Below are positions 51,510 through 64,000 of a stretch of 64,000 nucleotides of DNA, one piece after another (position 1 is the first letter of the stretch; each line of letters begins with the position of its first letter). This DNA is from Cycas panzhihuaensis (Eukaryota > Plantae > Cycadophyta). The stretch is from NCBI GenBank assembly GCA_023213395.1, contig CM041465.1:245341741-245405740 (forward strand). Reading direction: 5' to 3'. A model generated the notes under the pieces. The model worked only from the letters and a program-made list of their open reading frames with translations. It had not been told where the DNA came from and did not search any database. The translations under genes and the position numbers were made by a program.

Positions 51510-54500
51510 GTCAATGTTTTGATCATCACTCCTTGTAATGATAAAATCATTTACATAGACAACAATAATGGTGATGAGATTAGATTATCTAATCTTGATG
51601 CAAAGGTCGTCATTTGATTCGCTTCTATAGAAGCCATTATTTTGAAGATGTTGATTATTTTGGTATACCAAGTTTTAGGTGGTTGTTTTAGCCCATATAA
51701 TGCTTCTTTTAGTTTGCAAACTAGATTTTCTTTTCCCTTTTTAGCATATTTAGGTGGTTGCTTCATATAGACTTCTTCATCTAGTTCCCTTCTTCATCCA
51801 GTTCCCTATTTAGGAAGGAATGTTTGACATCCATTTGGAAAATTTTCCATTTGTATTGTGCAACTATTGAGACTACTAACTTGAAGATGAACGTTTTGGC
51901 TATAGGTGCAAAAGTTTCTTCATAGCCAATACCTTTCATTTGAGTAAATCCTTTAACCACAAGTTTGGCTTTTTGTTTGTCTATTGGCCTATTTGACTTG
52001 TATTTTGTTTTGAATATCCATTTGCATCTTATGGCCTATTTGTTTTTGCAGAGCTTAGTTAGTTCTCAAATATTATTTTTCTAAATTGCACTTAGTTCTT
52101 CTTCCATTGTTCTGTTCCATTCCTTATTCCCTTGGCTTCTTCAAGGGATGTAGGTCCATCAATTTTTAGAGTGTAGTTTAATGTTTCTAAGTTCCTTGGA
52201 TGCTTATTTTGGGACCTGGTAACTCTTTTTCCTTCTAAGAATTGACTCTAGATTCCTAAGACCTGAATTGTTTTTAAGTACCATTTTGGTAGTTTCTTCC
52301 TTGGTTCTTTGCTATTTTGATCATTGCTTGGTTGTTCTTGTAGTGCTTCTTCTTCTGCTTTAGTTTGGACTCCCTTTTCTGTGAGATGGGCGAGTGGAGG
52401 TATTTTTGCTAGAGTAGATGTCTTTTGTTTTACAAAGATAACATCTATGCTCTTGATGATATTATTGCTTCCTAGTTTGATACATTTGTAGTCCTTAGAT
52501 TTTTCGCTATAGCCTAGGAAGATTCACTTAATGCTTTTCTTATCATGTTTAGTCCTTTTCTTTTGAAATATGAACAAAAGTTGTTCTTCCAAATATTGGT
52601 AAATGATTGATATTCAATTTCTCATTGGTCTAAACTTCTTTGGGGGTTACACCTATAATAACTTTGGTTGGACTTTTGTTGATGGTATATATTGTAGTTC
52701 TAGTAACTTTTGCCTAGTAAATGATAACTCTTTTCCTTTTAACATGCTTCTTCCCATATTGATGATTGTCCTATTTTTTTTGTTTTGCAACTCCATTAGA
52801 TTGTGGAGCATATGTAGTTGTAAGCTATCTTTTTTGTATTTGTAGAAGTCCTTTGAGGTAAATTCCCCTCCACTGTCACTTGCAAGGATTTTGATCTTTC
52901 TTCCACTTTCATTTTTTGCATTGGCTCGAAGGCAATCTAAGGCATTGGATTTGTTTTTGAGAAAGGAGACCTAGGTTTTTCTAATTAGGTCATCAATGAA
53001 GGTGAGATAATATCTTGCTCTCCCAAGGGAGGTTGTTTTCATGGGATCACATGTCACTATGAACAATTTCTAAATTATTTTGTGCTCTCCATAAAGCTCG
53101 ATGAAATTTGTTTTTGTTCTTTTTCCCAAGTAAGCATTGTTCACAAATCCTGTTGTCATTGAAGGCATTTGATAACCCATCTACCATATTCATTTTCTTT
53201 AGCTAAATGAAATTTTGATAACAATAATGCCCATACATTAATTGCCACATTTTATACATAGAATCATCATTGTTTGCAAACAATGCTTGTATGGTATGAG
53301 TGGCCATGAGTTTGCACATGCCATCCTCTTCCTTCCCTTTAGCAATGACCTTGTAGTTTTGATTTTTATCCTTGATGAGACATCCTTTATGATCAAATTT
53401 CAACTTTTAAACTTTTCTTTGTCAATTGAGACACATATAGAAGATTCTTCTTCAGTCATGGTACATAGGGGACATCCCCAATCTTTTTGATTTATCCACT
53501 TGCCATTTTCATGTGAATGGTGTTTTTCCTTGGACCAGATGTGTAGTGTTATCCCCTAGCTACGCTGTATTATTTCTTTGTTGTTTAAAGCTTTCAAACC
53601 ATTCTCTTTTGGGTGTCATATGCTTGGATGCCCCTGAGTCGATGTACCAATCTTCTTGAGGAGCTAGTCCAATAGATAACGTTGCAATGAAGGCGATTTC
53701 TTCTTCTTCGGTTTTTCCTCCTTTCTCTTTGCTCATGTAGTTTAAGGATCTCTTTCTCCTTTGCATATCAAAATGTTTTTCTCTACATTCCTTGATGAGA
53801 TGTCTTAGTTTACCACAATAATAGTAATTTCTTTTGAATATCTCTTCTTTGGGAGATCTTTTTTAGGTCCTTCCAAGTTGATCTTTGATGGGAATGCTCT
53901 TTCAAGTTCAATGTCTTTATCGTACTTCTTGTTTCTCAATTCTTAACGTAACATAAGTGCACACAACTCCTCAAAGATCATGGTATCGATGGTCTTTTAG
54001 ATAGCTAAATTTGTTAACTAAATTATCAAAGGTTTAGGCAACTTGTTTAGAGTAAATTGAATTTTGTGCCTCTTCTTTTTTTTTTTTTCCCCACTAGCAA
54101 TCCCCAACGTGTTCTCTTGCCTCCTTGAGTTTTGTTATAAATTTGGTGACATGTTCTCCTTCCTTGGGCTTCATGTTGTAGAAATGTTCTTTAATGAGAA
54201 TAATTTTGGCAATGTTTTTTAATTTGAACATTTTTCCAAGTTTCTTCCACACATTATTTGATGTCGTGGCATTAGATATGCTAGGAAGCATGTGTTTAGG
54301 AATAGATTGGGTGATGGCTACAACTACAATTTTATCATTTTCTTTATCAACTTCTAATTCCTTAGTGTCTACTAGTATTTTCTTTTTTCCTGTTGTGATT
54401 TTCCGTCCATCTCTAGTAATTAAAATATTTCTTATCTTGGTTTTCCAGGTGCTATAGTTGTTGCCATTGAGAGAAAATAAATGGAAGGCCATTAAGAACT

Positions 54501-55273
54501 GAGTTTTCTATCTGAGAACAGAATACTAAAAAAAATTGACTATGGGCATGAGTTTTATGCTTGTACTTAGAGGTCGCAAGGTCTCTTAAAAAAACTCAAT
54601 TGCAAAGAAAATTGATTCATTCCACCCCCTTTTTCTTGCAAGTGGGAAATAGGTCACATGTAAGAGGTATGTGCTTGGATTGAAGAGCAAACAAGGGGTT
54701 TGAAAAAATCAATCAAATTTGATTGATTAATTTGTGCATGTAAAAAGACTTTGAATTTTGTAAAACTTAGTGTGACTACCACAAGGGCCAAAAAGAAAAA
54801 AAACAGAGGATCGAGAAAAATATTATGATGATATACTAAGATTTAAAAAAACTTTAAAAAATGAGACGATCCCATTTGTTGACTTTTCTTGCTATGTAGT
54901 TTTCCCCCTCAGTCTGTTGATTTCCTTGCTATGTAGTTTTGGCCTCCTATCTATTGACTTCTCCTATTATGCAATTTCTTTGTTAATCTAAGGATGCTTT
55001 TGGTTTAGGTTGCCATCACGTGTCCTTCAAAATGTGCCTGTTGCAGATGGCTTGGAGATGTCTAACTTCTGGCACTTGAGATGTTTATGGATTTCTTGCA
55101 TCTTCATTATCAACTTCTTGTGCTTGAGACATTTGTGGATTTCTTGTGCTTCAACTCACATAGTCTTGGAGAAGTCTATGTACTTCACAATCTTTTCACT
55201 CTTGGTCTGAGATTGGTAAGACTTTACATATATTTAAAGGAATGCTTAATAGAACACATATATGGTTTGCCTT

Positions 55274-58169
55274 TGTTGAAAAACAGAGCAAAGACAAAAC
55301 TTGATTTGTACAGAAGAGAGAAAGAGTGATAATATTATTGAGATTCAATCTCCTTAAATAAACATCTACAATGTGACCGTTACAAACTGAAATGTAACCG
55401 ATCGATCGCGAGGTCGCCAAGTGGCACAATCTTATATTAGAGTTACATTTGAGGGTGGTCCCAACATGACCCCCTTTCTATCTTAGATAAAACATTACAT
55501 ATCAACACCCTCTCTTAATGTTTTATCTCTAATAATCCCATTTTGTCTCTCAAATATTTAAGCCTTTCTTTCTCGAGAGACTTTGTCAGAAGATCTGCAA
55601 CCTGTTCAGCTGAGGGATAGTACTCCAAGTCGATTTCTTTATTATGTACCTTTTCTCTTATGAAATGATGGTGAACTTCAATATGCTTTGTTCTTGCATG
55701 TAGAATTGGATTCTTGGTTAGCTTGATGGCACTCTGATTGTCGCACTTCAAGGAAGTTGCCTTTTTTTGTTGTTGATCCAAGTCGAGCAGAAGTTGTCTT
55801 AACCAGATAGCTTCACAGTTCTTGATGCAATGCTTTGTATTCCGCTCATTGAAGAGAGCAAGCGTAGTGCATTTCTTACTACACCAGGAGATTGCTGATG
55901 ATCCTAAGAAAAAATAATATCCACTGGTGGATTTCCTTTGTTCTTTGTCTCCGATCCAGAGCCACAAGACTCGACATTTCGATTGGGTATCCTTTTAAGT
56001 ATACTAACTTGAGATCATTTGTTCCTTTAAGATATCTCAAAATTCTTTTTGCAGCCTGCCAATGTCTCAATTTTGGATTTTGCATGTATCTAGATATTAG
56101 TCCCTCTTGAATAGGATATATGTCGTGCTGGTGGCTGTCAGATAAATCAAACTTCCAATCATTTGTCTTTACAGAGTGATGTCAGCATCTTTTTCCATAT
56201 TATCTGCCATCAAGTCACAGTTTGTTTCCATGGGTGTTGCACATGGATTGCAGTTCTCCATCTGAAATCGAACAAGCAAATTTTTGATGTAGTTACTCTG
56301 GGACAAGGTTATATAATTTTGATATTGACCTACCTCCAATCCCAAGTAATAATTCAGCGAACCCAAGTCTGTCATTTCAAATTTTTGTTGAAGTTGATCC
56401 TTGGTGTCGTTAATTCCTCCTTCATCATTTCCAGTAAGAAGCATATCATCAACATAGACAACAATTATTGTTACCTTGTTGTTCTTTTTCCTTATGTAGA
56501 GACTAGAGTTGGAGTTGCATCGATTGAACTTATTTTCTTCAAGGAAATGATCTAATTTGGCATACCAAGCTTGTGGGGCTTGTTTTAGACCATACAGAGC
56601 CTTTTTTAATCTGCAGACCAGATTTTCTTGTCCTTTTTCAGTGTATCCTTCAGGTTGTTGCATGTAGACTTCTTCTTCTAATTCGCCATTTAAGAAGGCG
56701 CTTTTTACATCTAACTGAGAGATTTTCCAATTTTATGTCATGACCAAAGTTATTCTTTGTTCTTACCGTGTTCATTTTTGCTACAGGAGAAAAGGTCTCA
56801 TCAAAATCTACACCTGCTGTTTGTGTGTATCCTTTTGCGACTAATCTTGCTTTGTACTTTTTTACCTTACCATCCATTCCCTTTTTCATTTTGTAAACCC
56901 ATTTGCGACTTCTGATGGATTTGTTGGCGGTAGTTCTACTAATTCCATGTCGATTTTTCCGATTGAGTTCATTTCATTGTCCATTGCAACTTTCCATTCT
57001 TGACGATCTTTTGCTTCTTGAAAGTTTTGAGGTTCGACTTTGCTTAGAAGAGCTTTTGACCTTTGCCCTCGTGTTTTCTGTTCTATTACATTACTTTTCC
57101 CTTCTTCAATTGTTGTAATATACCATTTTGGCAATTTTTTCTGTCTTTGTGAATCTTCCTTTTCAACGGAGTCTTCTGTCACTTGACTAGTTTCACTTGT
57201 TGATGATGGATCAGCTCACCCTTCTTCTGAAGTGATCTCGGATTCATTCTCTTGCTCGGCTTCTGGTGCTTCTTTTTCTGAGGTGATCTCTGATTTATTT
57301 TCTTGCTCATCTTCATGTGTTTCTTCGTGCCTGGCAGCTTCCTGTTCAATTCCTTTCTCACCTTCTACTATTCTAATTTGTGAGAATTCAATAGAATCTT
57401 CTTCATTAAAAACGACATCTCTGCTTACATAGATTTTGTTAGTTTTAAGATCTATGCATTTATAGGCTTTTGAATTTTTACTGTAGCCTATCAAAATGCA
57501 TTCTATGCTTTTTGCATCCAGTTTGGATTTTTTTTTATCAGGAATATGCACAAATGCTTGACTACCAAAAACTTTGAGAAGACTTACATCGGGTTTTTGT
57601 CCTGTCCAAGCTTCTTCTGGGGTGAAATCCTTCAAGGCTTTTGTGGGACTTCTATTTATTAGGTAACATGCCATGCTTCGCCTCGCCCAATATGATTTTG
57701 GTATTTTTGTTCCATACACCATACTTCGAGCCATTTCCATTAGAGTTCTATTCTTTCTATCGGCTACTCCATTCGACTGAGGAGTATAAGGAGTTGTAAT
57801 GTGTCTACGAATTCCTCGATCCCTGCAATAATTTAGAAACTCCTTTGATATATATTCTCCTCCTCCATCTGACCTGATGCACTTAATTTTCATTTCTGAC
57901 TCTAGTTCTGCTTCTGCTTTAAATTCTTTGAATGTTTCAAAGACTTCTGAGCAAAGACAAAACTTGATTTGTACAGAAGAGAGAAAGAGTGATAATATTA
58001 TTGAGATTCAATCTCCTTAAATATACATCTACAATGTGAATGTTACAAACTGAAATGTAACCGATCAGTCTAAGGCTGCCAAGTGGCACAATCTTATATT
58101 AGAGTTACATTTGAGGGTGGTCCCAACATGACCCCCTTTCTAACTTAGATAAAACATTACATATCAACA
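55274..58169 (-). mobile_element. Younger Ty1/copia (inner) lacking PBS, gag, protease and integrase N-terminus
   Basis: LTRs 55274-55507 and 57949-58169. Perfect TSD GCCTT. Integrase (IRSDGGGEY, PQSNGVADRKNR), RT (LKKALYGLKQ, VYVDD), RNase H (RTKHIEVHHHF). Confidence 0.95.
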
Positions 58170-58515
58170 GCCTTGACATCTATGAATTTGTTTCTCGCTT
58201 TACAAAGACTTGAGACGATACTTATAAAATGTGGTATGAGATCCACCAAGCATACTGCCCTACTTATCTTCTTGAAACCTCTAGATTTGGTCCTTTTAAG
58301 AGGATTCAACTTCAATACTTAGGTCAAGCCCAAGGCTCTGATACCTTGTTAAAACAATGACAACACCCTTGTGATTTGCTCACGAACTTGCCTTGATTAT
58401 TCAATGTATGGTATAGACATATATACAAGATTGAGACAAAGCATGTTCGACACTTATCATTCATACAACCACTTTTTATGTTAACTAGAGTACAACAGTG
58501 AAATTGCAGTACAAG

Positions 58516-58803
58516 AAGAACTTTCTGATTCTAGGATTGGATGAGCATTATCGTAACATTTTAAAAAGGTGTGAACTAATGATTGCAACTCTTCGTACAA
58601 ACCAACGTTGGTTTCATATGTGTAAATAATGAAATACAAAGCAAATATTGGTGGGTAAAAAGAACTTTCTGATTCTAGAATAGGACGAGCATTATCGTAA
58701 CATTTTAAAAAGGTGTGAACTAATGATTGCAACTCTTCGTACAAACCAAAGTTGGTTTCATATGTGTAAATAATGAAATACAAAGTAAATATTGGTGGGT
58801 AAC
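58516..58803. repeat. 144-bp tandem duplication (2 copies)
   Basis: Near-identical units start at 58516 and 58660. Confidence 0.95.
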
Positions 58804-60519
58804 TATGTAATGGAAACTAGCGTGTTATTGTTTATTGTTATCAATCTTCATCATTGTAAATAGAGTTTTGTCATATGAAAATTGAACCACCATAAATTGA
58901 ACTTCTTGTATTTCTTAGAATCAACTCTTATGTCTTTGGAAACCAAACTTTGTGTATGTAATCTAACCTTTGCGCATGTCCTCTAATCATGAATACCTAA
59001 ATCTCTTTCAAAACTTGAGATGTTTGGCTCCAACTTTAGGGTGAATTTTTATCTCCTTACATTCAGCCATAGTTGGCAATAATTGGCTTCAATGTGTACA
59101 AAATAATCTTTAATCTAAGTAATCTTTTTTAGCAAAAGGTGCATTTACCCATCATCTATCAAACAATTTGTTTAATATATTGTATCATATTATTTTAATT
59201 ATGTGCATATCCAAAATTTAGTATAATTGGTGTTAATTATATTTAATTGCAAGTAGATTATTTTGAGGACAATGGCTTTGCAAACTACATAATTTGGGCT
59301 TTGCATAAGTAGATTAGAGTTTATCTAACTAGGAATTAGGTGGTTGGTTGTTTGTGTAAGTACTTCTTAGAGGCCCTTGTAAGTTTCTACATTATATGAT
59401 ATTTCATAAAGGTTCTCCTCTCTAAAGTTCATTTGAATCTGCATCAGTCTAGGGCTTGTCCTTGATGGTATGATTCTAAATCATCCTTATAGAAAGTTTT
59501 ACTGCATGATTCTTCATGAGACGTGGTGTTTTATGTGGGGATGATCTTGTCCTAAGATAAATCTTTAGATAACACACTAGTACATGGACATGGCAAACGA
59601 TTTCAGAGGTTGCCCCATTTTTGCAGTACTTATATTCGAAATTGTAGTTTTCCTTTACCATAAAAAGCATGGATATTTTCAAAATGATTTGAAAGAGTCA
59701 ACAATGGATGTTTTATTTCACACCATTTAAAAATGAATCTGTTTATATTATTTGGGAGTGGCTTTAAAAAACAAACCATTTATAGTATCTAGTATATGTT
59801 ATACTTGGACAAGCATTTTTGTGAATGTCGCAAATTTATTTATTTATTTATAATAGGCATATAACTAAGTTGCATGGGTTCTTCTAATCATCATTTGCCA
59901 CACCTGCACTTGCTAAACTTATGTTTTGTTATTCTCTTACCTTTTTAAAGGAATTCAATTATACTGATGCATTTGTGCAACATAAATATGTAGTACAGAT
60001 TTAATGCAATGGCTTAATTTTTCTTGAGTGTTAAAGTACGCTTTAGGTGGTATTAAATTAGCACTTGAATTGATGGAGATTATGGGACTATTCCTATAGC
60101 TTGTCCATGCTTATGACATTGGGCATAATTAACAACATTTAGTGATCTACAACAAGTAAGAAGCTTTCAACAATGAGGTAGAGTTGCATAATAACCCTTC
60201 ATGTGATGTGTGTTCTCTTTTATTGTCATCCCCAATTTCATCTATATTGTGCATTAGCCAAAGCATGGATTGATGCCTTTGCTTTTAACACCCTTCTATG
60301 CATTTATTGTTTACATGCTCCTCTTGTAGCTACCATATTTTGCCTCATCACCTTTGCCTTTGCCTTTCTACTTTTCCCATCTACTTTTATTTCATCTTTA
60401 TTGCAATTTTTATTGCCTATTTTCACTTATTTTCTTGTCATCATCCATTGATACCATCCTCTATTGTTGGTGCTCAATCAATTCTTGATCATTTTATCCA
60501 ATTGTCTTATCCATATTTT

Positions 60520-63500
60520 ATAGTGGCGGTGGATGGTCTTCTTGGGAAGGAAATGACAAAACAGAGCAAATATATGCAATATATATGCCTTATATTGATC
60601 TAGGTATAAATAAACAAAATATACTGTTCCTAAACACCAGAAATATGTGATAATATTGAACAAAATTAAATATAACTTATAAAGATATTGCTTATGATAA
60701 TCCTCCTCTTCGAGGCAAGGTTCTCTCTACAATAATCGTAGCTCTAAGGATGAAATTATGGCACCCAACAACACTTTTGAAAGTCGCCTAGCTTCCTCTT
60801 TAAATGGGCGCTTATTTCGTCATGATGGAAGTTGGCCAGAACTGGCATGTGAAGTCAGCTAGAATGTATATATAAAATATTGTATTTAAACTTACTTTTG
60901 AGGTTAGCTTTTCTGCTTTGTTGCGGGTCGACAAGATTTAATATTTAGGGTTGCTACAAGTCTTTCCCTTCAAAAGCATGCTTTGCCCTCAAAGCATGGG
61001 TAAATTTAGATGCTATTGCATCCATGCTTTAGACTCCTAAGTTGCATCTTCTAAATCTAGGATTTTCTACTTTATAAGGAATTCTTGGACTTTTTTGGAT
61101 CGTAACTCTGTTGTCCTTATCTGTAAGATACCTTTTGTTTCAATAATCACTTTCCCCTCTTCGCCTAATTTTGGAATTGTCGTCTGGGAGGTTATTTTCT
61201 CCCCTATCTTCTTTTTTAGACAAGATACATGGAAGACATTGTGAATTTTACTTCTTGGTGGTAGAATTAATTGATATGCCACTTCTCCAATTTTCTTGCT
61301 AACTTGGTACGGTCCAAAGAATCGTGGAGCTAGCTTTTGTTTGTTTGCCTGCCTCATTGATGCTTGCTTGTAGGGTTGAAGTCTCAGGAGGACCCAGTCT
61401 CCTATTTCAAAGTTTGTTTCTAATCTTTTTACGTCCACTTGTTGCTTCATCCTATTCTTTGTAGTGTCTAAATTGTCTTTTGTTTGAACTGTTTGTTCTA
61501 CTTGCTCCTATTACTCACGTATGGATTGTACCTGTGATATCTTTGCCCATGTGAGTATGGATGAGGTTCATATCCATATGGTGCTTGAAACAATGTCATT
61601 TTTGTTGTCATGTGGTATGTTGTATTGTACCACTGTTCTGCTAAGTGGAGCCATTTATGCCATTGATTTTGCTAGTTTGAAAGAAATTCCTTAGGTATCC
61701 CTCCAGGCATTTGTTTATCGCTTCAGTTTGCTCGTTTATTTGTGGATGATAAACTATACTCATGTGTAGCTTTGTCTATGCTAATTTAAACAGATCTTGC
61801 CAGAAATGGCTTGTGAATTTCGAGTCTCAATCCCTAATTATGACCTTGGAAAACCCGTGTAAGCATTGTATCTCCTTCATATACACTTTTGCTATCAGAT
61901 TTGCTTTTGCCGTAGTTTGCGTGCCTCTAAAATGTGCATACTTTGTGAGTTTGTCTACTACTATGAAAATGGCATCCTTGCCTTCTGATTGGGGGAGTTC
62001 TGTGATGAAATCCATAGAAATCTCTTCCCATTTTTGATGAGGGATATGCAAAGGTTGTAATAGACTTGGGCTTTTCACGCATTCACTCTTATTACACTGA
62101 CATGTGTCGCATTTTGATACCATTTAGAGTATGTCTGCTTTCATTCCTTTCCAATTGAAGGAATTTCATATCTTTCGGTATGTTTTGTCTATCCCTTTGT
62201 GTCTTGTTGTTGGTGCTGAGTGGGCTTCTTCTAATAGAGTCTCTTTTATGTTGGACATTGTTGGAATGAATATCTTCCCTTTTCACAGAATCATACCTCC
62301 CTGCAAATCAAACTTTGATGTCTTCAGGTCCTATATATCTCCTAATCCTTTTTGTGAGAATGGGTGAGTCTTATATTCTTCGATTAGTTCTTGGGTCCAA
62401 CTAGGGGTGGCCACTATTATTGCTTTGAGGGAAATTTCTCCATTGCTCTCCTCTGGTAATCTTGATAGAGTGTCTGCTATGACATTCTTTTTTCCCCTTT
62501 TGTACTTGATACTAAAATCAAATGTTTGTAGCTTACTAACCCATTTCTACTGCTTGTCGGATAATGTTTTCTAGTTTAGGAACTATTTCAAGCTATTGTG
62601 ATCTGTCTTGACCACAAATTTGTTTCCCAACAAATATTGGTGCCATTGTTGAATTGCATACATGATCACTAGCATTTCTTTATTGTATATTGATTTTAGC
62701 TTCTCTCTATTATTCAACATTTTGCTTTCATATGCTATTGGTTGCTCTTTTTGTAATAGAATCACCCCAATTCTAAATCCTAAAGCATCACATTCTAAGA
62801 TAAACGACTGGGAGAAATCCGGTATTGCTAAGATTGGTGTTTTGACCATTGTCTTTTTGAGTTCTTCCAAAGTGTCTTTTGCCAATGGGTTCCATCCAAA
62901 TGCATCTTTTTTCGTAAGATCAATCAACAGAGATGCAATGTGTGCGTATCCCTTGATGAACTTCCGAAGAAATCTTGCTGCTCCTAAGAAGCTTCTTACC
63001 CCTATTACATTTTTTGATGTCGGCCAATTGACAATGGCTCGTGTCTTCTTCGGATCTATTTTGATGTCGTCTCTTGTGATAATATGTCTTAGGTATTCTA
63101 ACTCTTCTTTCGCAATTGAACATTTCTTCTTGTTTGCGTAGAGTTGTGTTTTTTCTAAGAATGGTAGAACTGTCCTTATATGATCTAGGTGCTCCTCCCA
63201 TGTTTTGCTATATATCAAAATATCATCAAAAAAGACTAGCACAAACTTTTGCAACAAAGGTTTGAATATTTAGTTCATGGTGCTTTGGAACGTTGTTAAA
63301 GCATTTATTAATCCAAAAGGTATAACTTTGAACTCAAATAGTCCTTCGTGGGTATGAAAAGCAGTCTTAAAAGCATCCTCTTAATGCATATCTGATAGTA
63401 CCCAGATTGGAGGTCAATTTTTGAGAAGTATTTTGCTCCATGCATTTCATCTAATAAATCATCTATCCGAGGAATAGGATAACAATTTTTTACTATTAAT

Positions 63501-64000
63501 TTATTTAGTCCTCGGTAATCAACGCACATTCTATACGATCCATCTTTTTTCAAATTTACCACTACTCGTGATGCGAATGGACTTGCATTATTTGCAATGA
63601 TCCCTTGGAGTAGGAGTTCCTGAGTGATGTTTTTGATTTCTTTTCTGAAATGATATGGGTGCCTATAGGGTCAGATGTTCATTGGAGCTACTCTCGGTAC
63701 TCACTCGATGGCATGTTCATAATTACGTTTTGGAGGGAGCCCTTGTGGCTCTTCAAATACTAGATTGTGTTCATCTATGATCTCCTATACTTCCAGTGGT
63801 ACATCTTCTATTGTTATCTTATAACATGTTAGTATGTACGTTGTTGGATTTTTCCCTAATATATTCTCCATCCAGTGTGATGATACCAACTGTACAGGTG
63901 GTGTGGAGGGTGCTTGTAATCTATACTTGCATCCCTTTTGATGAAAACACATGAATTGAGCCATGTAGTTGGTAGCTACATTCCCCAAGGTTTGTAACCA
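60520..64000 (-). mobile_element. Degenerate chromovirus Ty3/gypsy: pol (RT, RNase H, integrase, chromodomain), PPT and 3' LTR; continues beyond the window
   Basis: ORFs with CVDYRGLN, VFFDDILIY, WEEISMDFITELP, KLAPRFFGPY, IHNVFHVSCLKK. PPT 60961-60971. LTR begins TGTAGC at 60958. Left LTR end approximate. Confidence 0.92.

Larger units (their letters stand above)
49492..58558 (-). mobile_element. Degenerate full-length Ty1/copia element (outer) in intron 3
   Basis: LTRs 49492-49706 and 58347-58558. PBS GGTATCAGAGCC 58334-58345. PPT ~49707-49715. gag 54094-54492, protease [24 protein letters not shown], RNase H. Confidence 0.88.

Noticed and set aside
58481-58783. Repetitive 100-aa ORF or CRISPR-like repeat
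   Set aside because: Just a 144-bp tandem duplication with no spacers, in a eukaryotic context.
45976-64000. RRP12 exon 4
   Set aside because: No segment recognisable as the next conserved RRP12 block was found. It probably lies beyond the window, though a small exon could be missed.

Overview
Eukaryotic plant nuclear DNA, probably from a large-genome non-flowering seed plant (inferred from very long TE-filled introns and TE types; not proven). One host gene is present: an RRP12-like ribosome-biogenesis HEAT-repeat gene on the + strand. Its exons 1-3 lie at 30234-30743, 44511-45054 and 45721-45975, with a 13.8-kb intron 1, an intron 3 that appears to run past the window end, and a duplicated telo-box promoter. 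Most of the rest is nested retroelements. A chromovirus-type Ty3/gypsy is split by a near full-length L1 LINE with RNase H (8-bp TSD). There are two giant alternating purine-pyrimidine (TA/CA/TG) arrays of ~3.8 and ~9.6 kb, a Tat-like gypsy fragment, an old L1 carrying nested LTR elements, a Copia-in-Copia stack and a second chromovirus. Four observations stand out. (1) A compact multi-stem RNA structure ~100 nt into RRP12 intron 1 coincides with a possible stop-containing cassette exon. (2) The 9.6-kb array sits at the catalytic-Asp codon of an integrase whose reading frame resumes on the other side. (3) An LTR element is reduced to Gag-protease-chromodomain by an in-frame deletion. (4) A small insertion with inverted repeats carries a tRNA-Asp-derived segment. 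All alignments and folds were done by eye.
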